Part shown: piece by piece, positions 13,050-25,923 of the stretch
Layout of the letters: the number at the start of each line of letters is the position of its first letter
How positions within the stretch are numbered: position 1 is the stretch's first letter
NCBI RefSeq assembly: GCF_006345805.1
Contig: NC_043010.1
Span: 15,996,001-16,060,000 of the forward strand
From: Octopus sinensis
Lineage: Eukaryota
DNA length: 64,000 nucleotides
Reading direction: 5' to 3'
Program-made: the position numbers and the translations under genes
Notes under the pieces: generated by a model
What the model saw: only the letters and a program-made list of their open reading frames with translations
The model's database searches: none
What the model was told of the DNA's origin: nothing

Positions 13050-13946
13050 AATCTCAAAGAAGTACAAAACCCTAATCTCTTTCAAAGTAGAATCCTCTCA
13101 CTTCACTGTACTTGTAGCAGCGCTCCAACCACTTCGTGAAGGCTCCATGGAAGTCGCTCGAAGTGAAGGCGTCTACAACCCTTGTTACAGTCTCCTTCAT
13201 ATTCAAAACGACTACCACCGAGGTTATCCTTCACCTTGGAAACCAACAAAATATCACAAGGAGCAATGTCTGGACTGTGAGGAGGGTAAGGATCAGTTTC
13301 AATGTTAAGTAGTTGGTTATCAAGATGGAATCATGGACTGATGCATTATCCTGGTGCAAGTGCCACTGACCCGAGTGGAAGAGCTGCGGCTCTTTGCGAT
13401 GAAATCTCCTCCTGAACTCCCTCCTCAAAATTTCCTCAAAGTATTCTTTGTTGACCGCCTGGCTAGTGGATATAGATGCTCTTGCTGTTGAAAAAGGAGA
13501 TAACATCGCTTTCCGGTGGATTTGCTTCCATTTGGCACTCTTGGTCTCTCGATCATAAAAGTATATCCAGCTTTCGTTGCAGTTCACCGGAGACTCAAGT
13601 ACTCTTAGATTGTAGGCAATGAGCTCAACCATCTCCCTGCTGTCACCAACGCGATTTCCATTCCATTCTGTCACTGAGCATCCTGGAAAAAATTTTGCGC
13701 ATGTTCAGACCTTCATGAATAATTCTGTATGTAGTTGCAACACCAAGACCAAAACGGTATGTTTATTGGCTGTATAGACATAGGCGCAGGAGTGCTGTGT
13801 GGTAAGTAGCTTGCTTACCAACCACATGGTTCCGGGTTCAGTCCCACTGTGTGACACCTTGGGCAAGTGTTTTCTACTATAGCCTCGGGCCGACCAAAGC
13901 CTTGTGAGTGGATTTGGTGGACGGAAACGGAAAGAAGCCCGTCGTA

Positions 13947-14030
<84 letters not shown>

Positions 14031-14045
14031 ATATATATATATATA

Positions 14046-14077
<32 letters not shown>

Positions 14078-14610
14078 AGTGTGTGTTTGTGTGCCTGTGT
14101 TTGTCCTCCCAACATCGCTTAACAACCGATGCTGGTGTATTTATGTCCCCGCAACCTAGCGATTCGGCAAAAGAGAGCGATAGAATAAGTACTAGGCTTA
14201 CAACGAATAATTCCCGGGGTCGAAATACTCGACTAAAGGCGGTGCTCCAGCATGGCCGCAGTCAAATGACTGAAACAAGTAAAAGAGTAAATAGGACAAT
14301 CTTTTTCCAGAAAATTGTGAATTTCCTCATCCAGCTCTGTTGTTCTGATAACGCCCTTCCCTCCCACTTTACTCATTCTCTCTCTCCTTCTCTCTGCCAT
14401 TCTTCAACCTCTTGTACCAGCCAAAGAAAAAAACAGATGCTTGCCTGTATAACTTCATCCCTAAGCAGTCTAGAGCATTGCATAAGCATTTCTGTAGCGT
14501 TTCACCCTTTTTAACACAAAGCTGTATTACTGAGCGAGTTCCCAAATTATCTTCACGTTCCGACTATATTCTGCAAGCTAGTGACAATCAGTCATTTGTA
14601 GAGTGTTGTT
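13050..14610 (-). mobile_element. Mariner transposase relic split by a SINE-B insertion
   Basis: N-terminal CVKKGET...WYKRLKNGRE. Removing the SINE rejoins EKDCPMSIQ...LGVATTYRIIHEGLNMRKIFSR. Also SWIYFYDRETK, WHLHQDNASVH, PYSPDIAPCD-like and KWLERCYKYSEVRGFYFE. Confidence 0.85.
13782..14290 (+). mobile_element. SINE family B (tRNA/CORE-like head, internal microsatellite, conserved tail)
   Basis: aggcgcaggag...gggttcagtccc...caccttgggcaag head; (TA)n; tail ending ccagcatggccgcagtcaaatgactgaaacaagtaaaagagtaaa. Confidence 0.9.
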
Positions 14611-14810
14611 TGCAAAGTGCTGTTACAGCCGTATCATTCAATCTGCAATAAAAAATTGTTGGCAGGTCAGCTTATTAGAAGTATAAGAATGATATACGAA
14701 AATTATAATGAACATGGACAGTTGTAACTGCTTCTCCGAAAAGAGTTTTGAAGCTTCTGAACTGCGTCTCATATATGATGTATAAATAGTTTGGCGAGCA
14801 TGCATGGTTC

Positions 14811-15238
14811 GGATCTTTTCGGTTTGAACGGCAGTTTTTAACATAATTTCTAGGTAACTAAAAAGTTTTAAACTTCGTATACTGGTAGAATGTGTTTATA
14901 AAACATCTTTTTTCTCTTGGCTTTATTGAGAAAATTCTATAGTTTGTAAGATATTTTTTTTCTTCAATTTCTGGAATTTCAACCAATCAGTGACGTCTAT
15001 TGAGGTAAAAAAACATTCTGTGCCGTATGAATATGTCCCTCGTTTAAGAAACAGATTGGGTTTATTTACATTTGTGAAGAAAAAAAGATACCCTTCCTCC
15101 CATCCCTAACCCTAACCCTAACTAACCCTAACCCTAAAAGAGATTGAAATGCTATAGATCGATTCTAGGGTCATAATTATGGGTGACAATTTCATATGAC
15201 ACCGCTAGAAAAAACTGCCGTTCAAACCGAAAAGATCC
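14811..15238 (+). mobile_element. MITE full copy
   Basis: Both TIRs and an expanded ccctaa tract. No matching TSD. Confidence 0.92.
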
Positions 15239-15313
15239 GAAAAGGCTAGCATTTCATATGACAATGAAAGCCAGTCTTATTTTCTTAAATGTTAAATTCT
15301 GTTTCAATAAATC

Positions 15314-15370
<57 letters not shown>

Positions 15371-15811
15371 TGTGTTGGTTACATCGTTTAAAATACGTGA
15401 GTTTAAAAATACATGTCTTCCAGTTCATAGTTTCTTAAATCGACATCTCAAGTAAAAGCTGTTAACATAGACGAGTGTTAATATTATACTTGGTAATTAC
15501 TCGAAAACAAAGCTGCGTATATACAAGCTTACATCCACAAGTATTTCATTGTCACATCACAAAAATACATCCACACACGAACGCACGTCCGCACGACACG
15601 CGTCAATATACATTCCTCGGTGTGACTTGTTCAGTTTATTGATTTGAAAAAAAATCAACCAACCGTCTTCAGTGAAAATCGACTCCCAAAATTATTCACA
15701 GATATATACGCGCGCATATGTTATCTCACGTATAGCTTTATAATTAAGAAGTTCGCTTCGGAACCACTTGGTTCCAGGTTCGCTCAAATAACAAATCGTA
15801 ATGTACATTCA

Positions 15812-16228
15812 GGATCTTTTGCGGTTTGAACGGCAGTTTTTTCTAGCGGTGTCATATGAAATTATCACCCATAATTATGACCCTAGTATCGATCTATTGC
15901 ATATCAATCTGTTTTAGGGTTAGTGTTAGGAGTGGGGGAAGGGTATCTTTTTTTCTTCTCAAATGTAAATAAACCCAATCTGTTTCTTAAACGAGGGACA
16001 TATTCATACGGCACAGAATGTTTTTTACCTCAATGGACGTCATTGATTGGTTGAAATTGCAGAAATTGAAGAAAAAAAACAACAAATATCTTACAAACTA
16101 TAGAATTTTCTCAATAAAACCAAGAGAAAAAGATGTTTTATAAACACATTCTACCAGTATACGAAGTTTAAAATTTTTTAGTTACCTGGAAATTATGTTA
16201 AAAACTGCCGTTCAAACCGAAAAGATCC
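15812..16228 (-). mobile_element. MITE full copy, TSD tacattca/tacataca (7 of 8)
   Basis: Both TIRs and a near-perfect 8-bp TSD. Confidence 0.92.
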
Positions 16229-16553
16229 TACATACATAGATAAACGTAAATTCTACCAAGACAACCGAAGTTCAGAATAACAGATAAGATGGTTATGTAG
16301 CGAAACCATTTTCGGTTCAGGTATATTGAATACATTAAACTGATAGAGGCTCAGCGTATTAATCTGTAATGATTGGTGTGAATTTTGAACATTGGTTACA
16401 TCCTGTGCTTTGATTGGTTGAGTATAGCGCGGGATTTGGATCGAAGATCCAATCTTGTTGCGCGTAACACATTCTCAAACGAACCTGGATGTGCTCGGGA
16501 GCCTACCGTTTTTCTTTGAATTGGTGTAACAAATCGTCTACGAGTAGAGGGGT

Positions 16554-17059
16554 ATGGCCTGGTCAGCTTGTAATGACGTGCATAAGATCTGGTCATCAAA
16601 TCTAAGTAGAGACTTCAAACTTGAAATCTTCAAAGCCACAGTCGAACCAATTCTACTATATGGCTCAGAAACCTGGACGTTATCAAAGAAGCTTGAGAGG
16701 AGGTTGGATGGAACCTACACTCGCCTCCTCATGAGAGCTCAAAATCTCTCGTGGAAGCGTTATCCAACCAAAATGCAAATATATGGGAAACTACCACCTG
16801 TGTCATCTCTTGTGAAAGGTAAGAGAGTCCAGTTTGCTGGACATTGTTGTAGAGCTGAAAACGAGGTAATTTCTACTCTTCTCCTCTGGAAGCCATCTAC
16901 TCGCAATACCAGAGGGCGCACACTCTCCTACCCTGATGTAATCTCCAGGGATACAGGCATCCAGCAACAGGACTTCCGTAATGCCATGATGGACCGTGAA
17001 GTCTGGCGTAGCATAGTAAATTCCATTGTCTCGACCACGGTCGAACAATGATGATGATG
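16554..17059 (+). mobile_element. 5'-truncated RTE-type LINE with open C-terminal ORF, (TGA)n tail and 8-bp TSD
   Basis: 165-aa ORF with ILLYGSETWTL, QFAGHC and MMDREVWR. TSD agaggggt at 16546-16553 and 17060-17067. Confidence 0.92.
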
Positions 17060-17354
17060 AGAGGGGTGAGCGATTTTCATGAAGGCGAGTCATGTTATAT
17101 TCTTGCCATTGTTTACGAGAACAAAATTAATATAACGGAGAACATGCAATCAACAACGGCTCGAGCTGAATTATCCAAACGATAGACGAATCCTATAACC
17201 ACCATAATTTATAAGGCTTTTATTTTGTCTATTGTACTATTTAACGGAGGAGTAAAGGCCTCGCTGTTATTTTTGAAGTTTGTTTCTGGTATTATTGCAG
17301 AAAGGTATACAAGATTCTGTAGTAAGCCAAGGGAGTCTTTAGACCACCCCGTTT

Positions 17355-17400
<46 letters not shown>

Positions 17401-17514
17401 GTGTGCGCGTGTGTGTGTGCGTGTGTGCGCGTGTGTGTATGTGTGTGCGTGCGTGTGTGTATGTGTGTGTGTGTGTATGTGCGTGTGTGTGTATATGTGT
17501 GTGTGTTTGTGTTT

Positions 17515-17552
<38 letters not shown>

Positions 17553-17742
17553 GCGTGTGTGTGTGTATGTGTGTGTGTGTGCGTGTGTGTGTGTATGTGT
17601 GTGTGCGTGTGTCCATTCAGGTGAGTATGCACAGTTGTACTGTATTTGTGTGACATGCAAGTGTCACTGCATGATGTGTACGATTGTAAGCAAAAGATGT
17701 GAGGGCGTTCAAGCGAGTCTGCAAAGGATCATGCCTCTAAAG

Positions 17743-18170
17743 CAGGGGTTCTCAGCTGGGGTCCATATAAGATTTTGTTGAAATTTATGTTAAATAAATT
17801 TCTGCAATTTCAACCAATCAGTGACGTCTATTGAGGTAAAAAGCATTCTGTGCCGTATGAATATGTCCCTCGTTTAAGAAACAGATTGGGTTTATTTACA
17901 TTTGTGAAAAAAAAAAGATACCCTTCCCCCCACCTCTAACCCTAACCCTAATTAACCCTAACCCTAAAAGAGATTGAAATGCAATAGATCGATATTATAT
18001 TAGTCGAACAAATCAACCCCTAGACAAGCCTAGTACTCATTCTATCGTTCCCTTTTTGCCGAATCGCTATATCAGGGTCATAATTATGGGTGACAATTTC
18101 ATATGACACCGCTAGAAAAAACTCAGCTGGGTCCATATAAGATTTTGTTGAAATTTATGTTAAATAAATT
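17743..18170. mobile_element. hAT-like terminus with a captured MITE core between 50-bp direct repeats
   Basis: CAGGGGTTCTCAGC start. 17751-17800 is repeated at 18122-18170. TIR-less MITE core lies at ~17797-18121. Confidence 0.7.
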
Positions 18171-18689
18171 GAACATACACAATCTATGTGTAGCTGTTTA
18201 ATGATGTGTAATTGTTTAATGATTTTCCTCCCCCTCGCTGTATGAGGCTTCCCCCCCTCGTGTGTAATATTTTAATATTTATCTCTTTCTCTATGTGCGC
18301 TTATGAAATCGGCTGCCACGAAAATGTCCACCCCCTCCAGCCAGTTTGCCAAGGGCTGTTTATGTCCCATACCAACCGGCCGACGCCAAGACGGCTGCAC
18401 CTAATTGACTCTCTAAATACCGTTAAGGTTTTAGACATTTTGCATATTAAGTACATTTTTCTGGAATCCAGTACACTTTATTCTCAAAGGATATGATGTG
18501 TGTCTATTCCCCAATACAACTTGAAACAGGTGTTGGTAAATTAGCGATTGGGCAAAAAGGGAACGATAGAATGGGTACTAGGCTTGTCTAGGGGTTGATT
18601 TGTTCGACTAAATCCATTCAAGGCGGCGATCCACCATAGCAGCAGTCAACTGACTGAAAGAAGTAAAAATATAATAATAATATAATAAT

Positions 18690-18768
18690 AATAATAATAT
18701 AATAAAATTAATATATATATATTATATATATATATATATATATAATATATGTATTATTATAATATATA

Positions 18769-18818
<50 letters not shown>

Positions 18819-18819
18819 G

Positions 18820-18890
<71 letters not shown>

Positions 18891-18908
18891 ATATATTATA
18901 TATGTATG

Positions 18909-18982
<74 letters not shown>

Positions 18983-19221
18983 ATATATATATAATGTATA
19001 TATATATATATATATATTATAATATATATATATGTATGTATATATATATATATGTATGTATGTATATATATATAGTATGTATATATATATATGTATGTAT
19101 GTATGTTAATATATATATATGTATGTATATATATATATATGTATGTATATGTATATATATATATATATATGTATGATGTATATATATATAATATATGTAT
19201 ATATATATTATATAGATATAT

Positions 19222-19296
<75 letters not shown>

Positions 19297-19297
19297 G
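18690..19297. repeat. (TA)n/(TATG)n microsatellite
   Basis: Direct inspection. Confidence 0.97.
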
Positions 19298-19304
19298 ATG
19301 TCCA

Positions 19305-20760
19305 TGTCGATGTGTTGGCTGAGTGCTATTTTCCTGTTTTGGGGAATTTTGATCTGGGATGTGCAGAGCCATTCTTTACGTAGACTGTTTTTGTTTGGCC
19401 TATGTATTGCTCTTGACACCCAGAGCAGGTTAGTGCGCATATCAGGTTCTCTGAAGCACACGTGAAGTTGCTTTTCACTGAGAAACGTTGTCCCTGTTTG
19501 AAGGAGAACTCTGATCCCTCAATTAAATTGACGCATATCCCACAGTTGAGTCTTCCGCATTTTTTTACTGACGGCTTCTGTGTTGTTGTTGAGCGTATTC
19601 GGGCTTGTGTTAGGAGACTTTTTATAGATTTGGGTTGCCTCTTGCTTTTTATGATGGTGCATGTTTGGAGGATTAAGTTCATGCTGTGGTCCTTTTTGAG
19701 TAGGGGAATGTTTTGAAGGATGGTGTCGAAGGCTTCATTGTTAAGAGGGTTGTGTGTGGAGATGTATGGTAGGGCTTTTGGTTGTAAATCCTTCTTTAAT
19801 TTAGGATGTCTGAGTTCCTGGTTGTTGAGTTGAAGGGCACGTTGAAAGCATATGTCAGTTAGTGAAAGAATGAAACAGTTATCCAGATATCTCTTCCAGT
19901 TATTTTCTATGTAGAGGAAGAATGGTCTGCCGTATTTTTCTAGAACCTTACGATGAAGACTAATTTCTAGATATTAGAAATTCTAGGTTAGAAAAGGAAG
20001 GGGCCATTCTCGTACCCATCGCAGTCCCCGATTTTTGTCGATAGAAGTTGACTTAGAAGACGAAGTAGTTATTTTCCAAGATGAATTTTAGCCCTTCTAT
20101 CACGAATTCCTTTTTGATGCGATGTGAGAGTTCGTTGGCGTAATTCTCTAGCCAGAATTGGCATTCTCTGGCATGAAAATATAAAGAGACTTAAAGAATT
20201 CCAAGCACGTATGTATTTCTATTTCAACCTCAGCTTTTTGTAAAAGTGTGTAATCTATTTATCTGGTTCTTATTACAACATTGGGTTTGTTTGCTATTAT
20301 ACTTGACATTATATTTGTCTGTATTTGTATTGTACTATTTACAGAGCTTACGCATTGTTTTCCTCCCCTATCTGAATGGGACCTCTCAGTGGGTCCATTC
20401 ACATCTAAGCTACTTTATTTGGCACAGATTCAGGCAAATTTTTACTCTTCTTTTTGTTTCTAGACACTCTATTGTTATATTTTAATTGCACAGACTTCCT
20501 ATCTTTAACTCTTCCTGTTGTCTGTTCTTTTTGGTTAGTGGTGTTGTTCATATTATGTATATTATTTTAATTATTGTTAGGATGGTTCAATTAAGAGGTT
20601 AAATCAAAGAGCATGCATATTTAATTTTAAATGTTTTTCTCTCATAAAATGAAGTTGTTAAAGTTTATTAGTCGTTGATATCCGCTTTCGACGCCGTTTC
20701 ATCTTCCCTTGGAATCTTCAGCATGGCATTAACTCAAATACCAAATCAATTTAGCTAAAT
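19305..20760 (-). mobile_element. Neptune-type Penelope-like element relic with internal deletions
   Basis: FYRQKSGTAMGTRMAP, WKRYLDNCFI, CGRLNCGIC and [20 protein letters not shown] (GIY-YIG). A putative 5' region with ATG lies near 20570. Confidence 0.85.
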
Positions 20761-20806
20761 TCAAAATCTGCGAAGAAGTAATCTAAAAAGCAAGAGAGGT
20801 AAAAGC

Positions 20807-20890
<84 letters not shown>

Positions 20891-20931
20891 ATATATATAT
20901 ATGTGTGTGTGTGTGGTGTGTGTGTGTGTGG

Positions 20932-21240
20932 CACAATGGCTCAGTGGTTAGGGCAGCGGACTCGCGGTCGTAGGATCGCGGATTCGATTCCTAGAGTTGT
21001 GAGTGTTTATTGAGCGAAAACACCTAAAAGCTCCACGAGGCTCCGGCAGTGGGGGAGTGGGGGGTGGGGTGGGGGCGATCCCTGCTGTACTCTTTCCCCA
21101 CAACTTTCTCTCACTCTTTCTTCTGTTGGCCTGCTCGCTTAGCCAGCGGGGTGGCGTCATTTGAAGGCTAAAACAATGCGAAGCGCATTGTGACCAGCGA
21201 TGTGTAGCAACATCTGATAGCCTGGTCAGTCACGTGATAT
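20932..21240 (+). mobile_element. SINE family C variant with a different tail
   Basis: Same tRNA-like head as 7402. Tail ...cagcgatgtgtagcaacatctgatagcctggtcagtcacgtgat. Confidence 0.8.
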
Positions 21241-21258
21241 AATATATATATATATATA

Positions 21259-21289
<31 letters not shown>

Positions 21290-21994
21290 TCCTTTTCATC
21301 CTAAATAGTTAACGATTTAAGAGAGAGAAATTTCTTACATGTTGGTATTGCATGCACATATTTCCAGGGTAATTCTAACTCGCAAAAAAGTTTTTTTGTG
21401 TAGTTATAGCTGATGTTTTACTGCAAAGAAATTTCGCAAGCCCCTTTTCGTATATTCTTCCCATGTGGAAAAAATACATGAGAGATAGTCTCAATAGAAT
21501 CAAAGAAGGCTAGTTGTTGACACCAAATATTCACCGAGTTCAACATGTAAAAAAAAAACAACAAAAAAAATGTCTCCAAAGTTAATTTGGTAATTCTGAG
21601 AAGTGATAGAACAGTCCATCTACATGTGTGTGTGTTTGATGTAAAGAGTTTCAGTGATTGAATAGCTTACTGTCAAATCACTAAATATAGAAATTGGTCG
21701 AGAGCCGGAACAGCGTGTAGGAATACGGGTGATGGACATTAATCGACAATCGAAAGAAGGAAGATAAACGAAGGATGGAGTGTCAAGGAGGAATTTTCTT
21801 TTGTCCCTTTTTCTTTTCCTTTCCTTTTTATCTCTCTCTCTCTCCTCTCTCGCTCAATGTTTGCTCTCTCTTTCTTCCTCACTTTCAGATACTTATTTTT
21901 GTATCCACTTTTCTATCCCCCTTTGTCTTCGTTTTATCCACCTGTTTATGTATGTATGTATGTATGTATGTATGTATGTATGTATGTATGTATG

Positions 21995-22026
<32 letters not shown>

Positions 22027-22252
22027 TGTATGTATGTATGTATGTATGTATGTATGCATGCATGCATGTATGTATGTATGTATGTATGTATGTATGCATG
22101 TATGTATGTATGTATGTATGTATGTATGCATGCATGCATGCATGCATGTATGTATGTATATATGCATGCATTCATGTATGTATGTATGCATGCATTCATG
22201 TATGTATGTATGTATGCATGCATTCATGTATGTATGTATGTATGCATGCAAG

Positions 22253-23870
22253 CATTTGAGGATTTTGCATTTGAGGATTTTGTGTGTATTCATAATGTTT
22301 TTCATTTTTGGGTCTGTTGACAGTAGACTGAGGTTTTGTATGATTGTGGTGTATGCTTCGATATTTTTGGGGTTGTGGGTGGAAATGTATGGAAGTATTT
22401 TGAGGTTGTGTGTGGCGTTAGGTTGGGTGGTTTTCAGTGTAGTGTTGTCTAGTTCTTTGGCGCGTTTTATTCCATACTCTATAAGGGTGGAGGGATATTG
22501 ACGTTGTAATAGTGTTTTTTTGAGGTCTTGAAGGCGTATATCGAAGCATACACCACAATCATACAAAACCTCAGTCTACTGTCAACAGACCCAAAAATGA
22601 AAAACATTATAAATACACACAAAATCCTCAAATGCAAAAGGCAACACAAATCTTAAAAAAAAACTCTTGACAAATGCCAAAACTTCACCACACCACATCC
22701 ACCCCCAACAGTAAAAAAATGTGCACGCTCAAACTGTGGTACCTGCCCCTTTCTACTTGAAGGCTCTGAATTTACCTTCAAACAAGGTACGAAGTTTAAA
22801 ATCAAGACTAACTTCTCCTGTTCCTCCGAGAACCTTATCTACGTTCTCACATGCGCTGGTTGCCAACATAATTATGTTGGACAAACGAGTCTCCCGTTAC
22901 GTAAACGAGTAACGGTGCATAAAGAACAAATAAATCTCCCGAATACCGACAAATTCCACTGAGTGACCACTTAGACTCATGTGCTAAAGACTTAAACCCA
23001 AATTCTATATATTCCCCTTCTACCAATGTAAAGACGGAATCACCACACAGGAGAGAATTAACAAGGAGAATCTCTTTATTGAAAAATTCCAAACACAAAT
23101 TAATATGCAAACTCCTCGTTGATCAAACTTCCTTTCTCTACCTCACTCTTCATGGATGGACTAACACAAATATAAAGATACCATGCATTCATCACTTCAA
23201 GCTAAAACTTATTTCTTAAAATCATTTTTACTATTGTTGTTATTACTATCATTTTTATTATAAATGATATGACAATTTGAATGCAATTGTCTATGCAGAT
23301 TTATATAATTAGAAAATAATATAAATAAAGTGTTAAAATCTGAAAGTTAAGTTAACAAGCAATTATATAAAAAAGATAACGCAAATGAAGCTAAATGATA
23401 ATTTTATAATTGGGTTTTATGAAGAACTCAAAAGAGTTGTCTCCCCTTACTCACAACACAGGAACTGAAGAACCAGAACCACAATTACTACTACTTCCTG
23501 TCCTGCAAACATGCTGAATTAAACAACACAACACATGCTCTTAATCCCTTTGGATCTTAACACCTCAAGGTAATTTTTTCGTGAACAACCATAAACTCAA
23601 GATACACAACGAACTCACAATGTATCGGAGAACTTATTTTTTAATTTTTGTACATTTTTATCATTATTCTTTTACAAAAACAATGCAATTTTCTTTTTTT
23701 CCCTTTCTAATTTTTAGAAAAACTTTTTAAAACATAAATATTCTTGACAAGTCATACAATGACGAAAACCGGTTGAATAAATATATATTTAATATTTTAT
23801 CAATTTCTCATTTATTAAAATTTCTTTCATTTGAGCATTCTGCATTTTAAAAAAATTTTCCTTACTAATA
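22253..23870 (+). mobile_element. Neptune-type PLE 3' part (GIY-YIG and 3' UTR) with an inverted 5' segment
   Basis: + strand 22538-23120: CARSNCGTCPFLLEGSEF...ENLIYVLTCAGCQHNYVGQT. - strand 22253-22537: thumb region DIRLQDLKKTLLQRQYP...LPYISTHNP. Confidence 0.88.
23739..23779 (+). ncRNA. Minimal type I hammerhead ribozyme, U3-A8 variant, with one extra A
   Basis: tattc-TTGACAA-gtcat(aca)atgac-GAAAA-C-cg-GTT-gaata: 5-bp stem I, 5-bp stem II, palindromic ACCGGT stem III. Confidence 0.7.
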
Positions 23871-24202
23871 TATATATATATATATATATTATTATTATTA
23901 TTATCATTATTGTTTTTTGTATTTATATTCGTATTATTTTTGGTTTTTTGTATTTATATTCGTGTAACATCGTCCATTTTTCTGTCCTTGTTTCGTAGAC
24001 ATTAGATCCTTTTTCCAAGAAATCTAATGCTCGTAGCTTAGTTTTTTCCTTGGGGCTGGCCAGATCGGAGCAATTTCAAGATTAATCAGCCAAAATTGCG
24101 AGGATGATCCGGTTCTTGACTCAAGATTAGAGGCTTCGAATGACCCGTCCGTTTTTTGTATCGTCTATTTGAATGTTTTGCGTTCTTGTCCCTTTTTGTA
24201 TT

Positions 24203-24268
<66 letters not shown>

Positions 24269-25309
24269 TCATACACATACACACACATAATTCATATAAG
24301 AGTATTTACTCGTAAAAACACTCATAAAATAAGCAGAGGCATTGCTCTACATAAATATATATACATAGACATAATATGGATTCAAGCACACAGAGAGACG
24401 TGTTTGATCATACACTCGTGTGAATCGCCATGATAGAGGTTAAAGTTTGTCTTTCACTGTAGGTGGCTACATGATGGCGGAAGAATAATTTCTTGAATAT
24501 CTACGTGAACGCATTCCACATATGCAGCAAAAATATTCATTCAAACACATGCTAATATGGAAAAGAAAATACCTATAAAACGGAGTGAGAGAAGCAGAAT
24601 TTTTATGATGATATATTTAATAACGGAGAGGACGATAGATAGATTAATAGATAAAGATGATAAATATTTAAATGTGTCTCTGTGTGTTAGGAGAAAGAAA
24701 GAGAGTGGGAAAGTGATAAATATAATGCTATACATTGATAGATATATAAATAGAGAGATAGAAATTGAGGTTGTTAGAAAGACGTAAATTTACAGGCAGC
24801 TTGACGCACAAAAGGGAAAAAGTGAAAGAAATTAAAAGGAATGAGAATAAGAACTCCTGTAGATTCGTTTGTGTTTCTACTGATATGGGAATGGTTTGAA
24901 AGAAAAATCACTGAAATTGGTTGGTTGGTTGGTAGATTATTGAATAGTTTGTGAAGTTACAGACAATTATAGAGTCCTTACTTCTGTGTCAGGATTTTGA
25001 ATGTTCCGATCGTTTTCTAAAACACTAAAAGCAATCAGATAAATAAATCTGATGAATAGATCGAGATATCCTAATTAATTTTCAAGATTTATTTGTCTGT
25101 ATTAGATAACTAAATAAATTCAATATAACTCGCTATCTTGCCACGTCATTGTATCTGTTTCTGAAGTAAAGATGGCGACCTTCTCGTTATTTCTGAGCCA
25201 GAAGAAAATGAATATTCATTTTTCTATCATTGTATGTAGTGTTGATTAGTTTATTGCATTGATTATATTAATTATATACATGAGTAGCAATCTGCATACA
25301 CATACTCTT

Positions 25310-25710
25310 TTACTCTTTTATTTGTTTCAGTCATTTGACTGCGGCCATGCTGGAGCACCGCCTTTAGTCAAACATCGATTCCAAGACTTATTCTCTGTAA
25401 GCCTAGTACTTATTCTATCGGTGTCTTTTGCCGAACCGCTAAGTTACGGGGACGTAAACACACCAGCATCGGTTGTCAAGAGATGTTGGGGGGGGGGCAA
25501 ACACAGACACACAGACATAGACACACATACATATATATATGTATACATATATGCGACGGGCTTCTTTCAGTTTCTGTCTACCAAATACACTCACAAGGCT
25601 TTGGTCGGCCCGAGGCTATAGTAGAATACACTTGCCCAAGGTGCCACGCAGTTGGACTGAACCCGGAACTATGTGGTTGGTAAGCATGCTACTTACCACA
25701 CAGCCGCTCC
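25310..25710 (-). mobile_element. SINE family B
   Basis: Reverse complement of the 13782 family. Confidence 0.9.
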
Positions 25711-25923
25711 TACGCCTAGCTATTGTTCATATTTGAAGACTTGTAGATTGGTCAAAGAGTCATGCAATTAGCTTTATAGAGATTAGCATTGAGATAATTG
25801 ATGAACCCAGAAATATTTCCTGGTCCTGTATGTGGATGACACCTATTCGTGGACGGTTAAGGAGCAATGAAGATTGATGTGGTCTGTTTAGAAGTGTGTT
25901 TTAAGAAAATAACTGAGTAGATC

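Noticed and set aside
18749-19461. Long ORFs rich in YI/YV/HT/CV dipeptides here and at 17.3, 21.8, 26.7, 35.3, 42.3, 46.8, 58.7 and 63.0 kb
   Set aside because: They are translations of (TA)n, (TG)n and (TATG)n microsatellites, not genes.
20660-20730. CUGAAGA...GAAAC-ggc-GUC hammerhead-like motif upstream of the 19-20 kb PLE
   Set aside because: The position fits a pLTR ribozyme, but stem I does not pair and stem II closure is irregular. At best a decayed copy.
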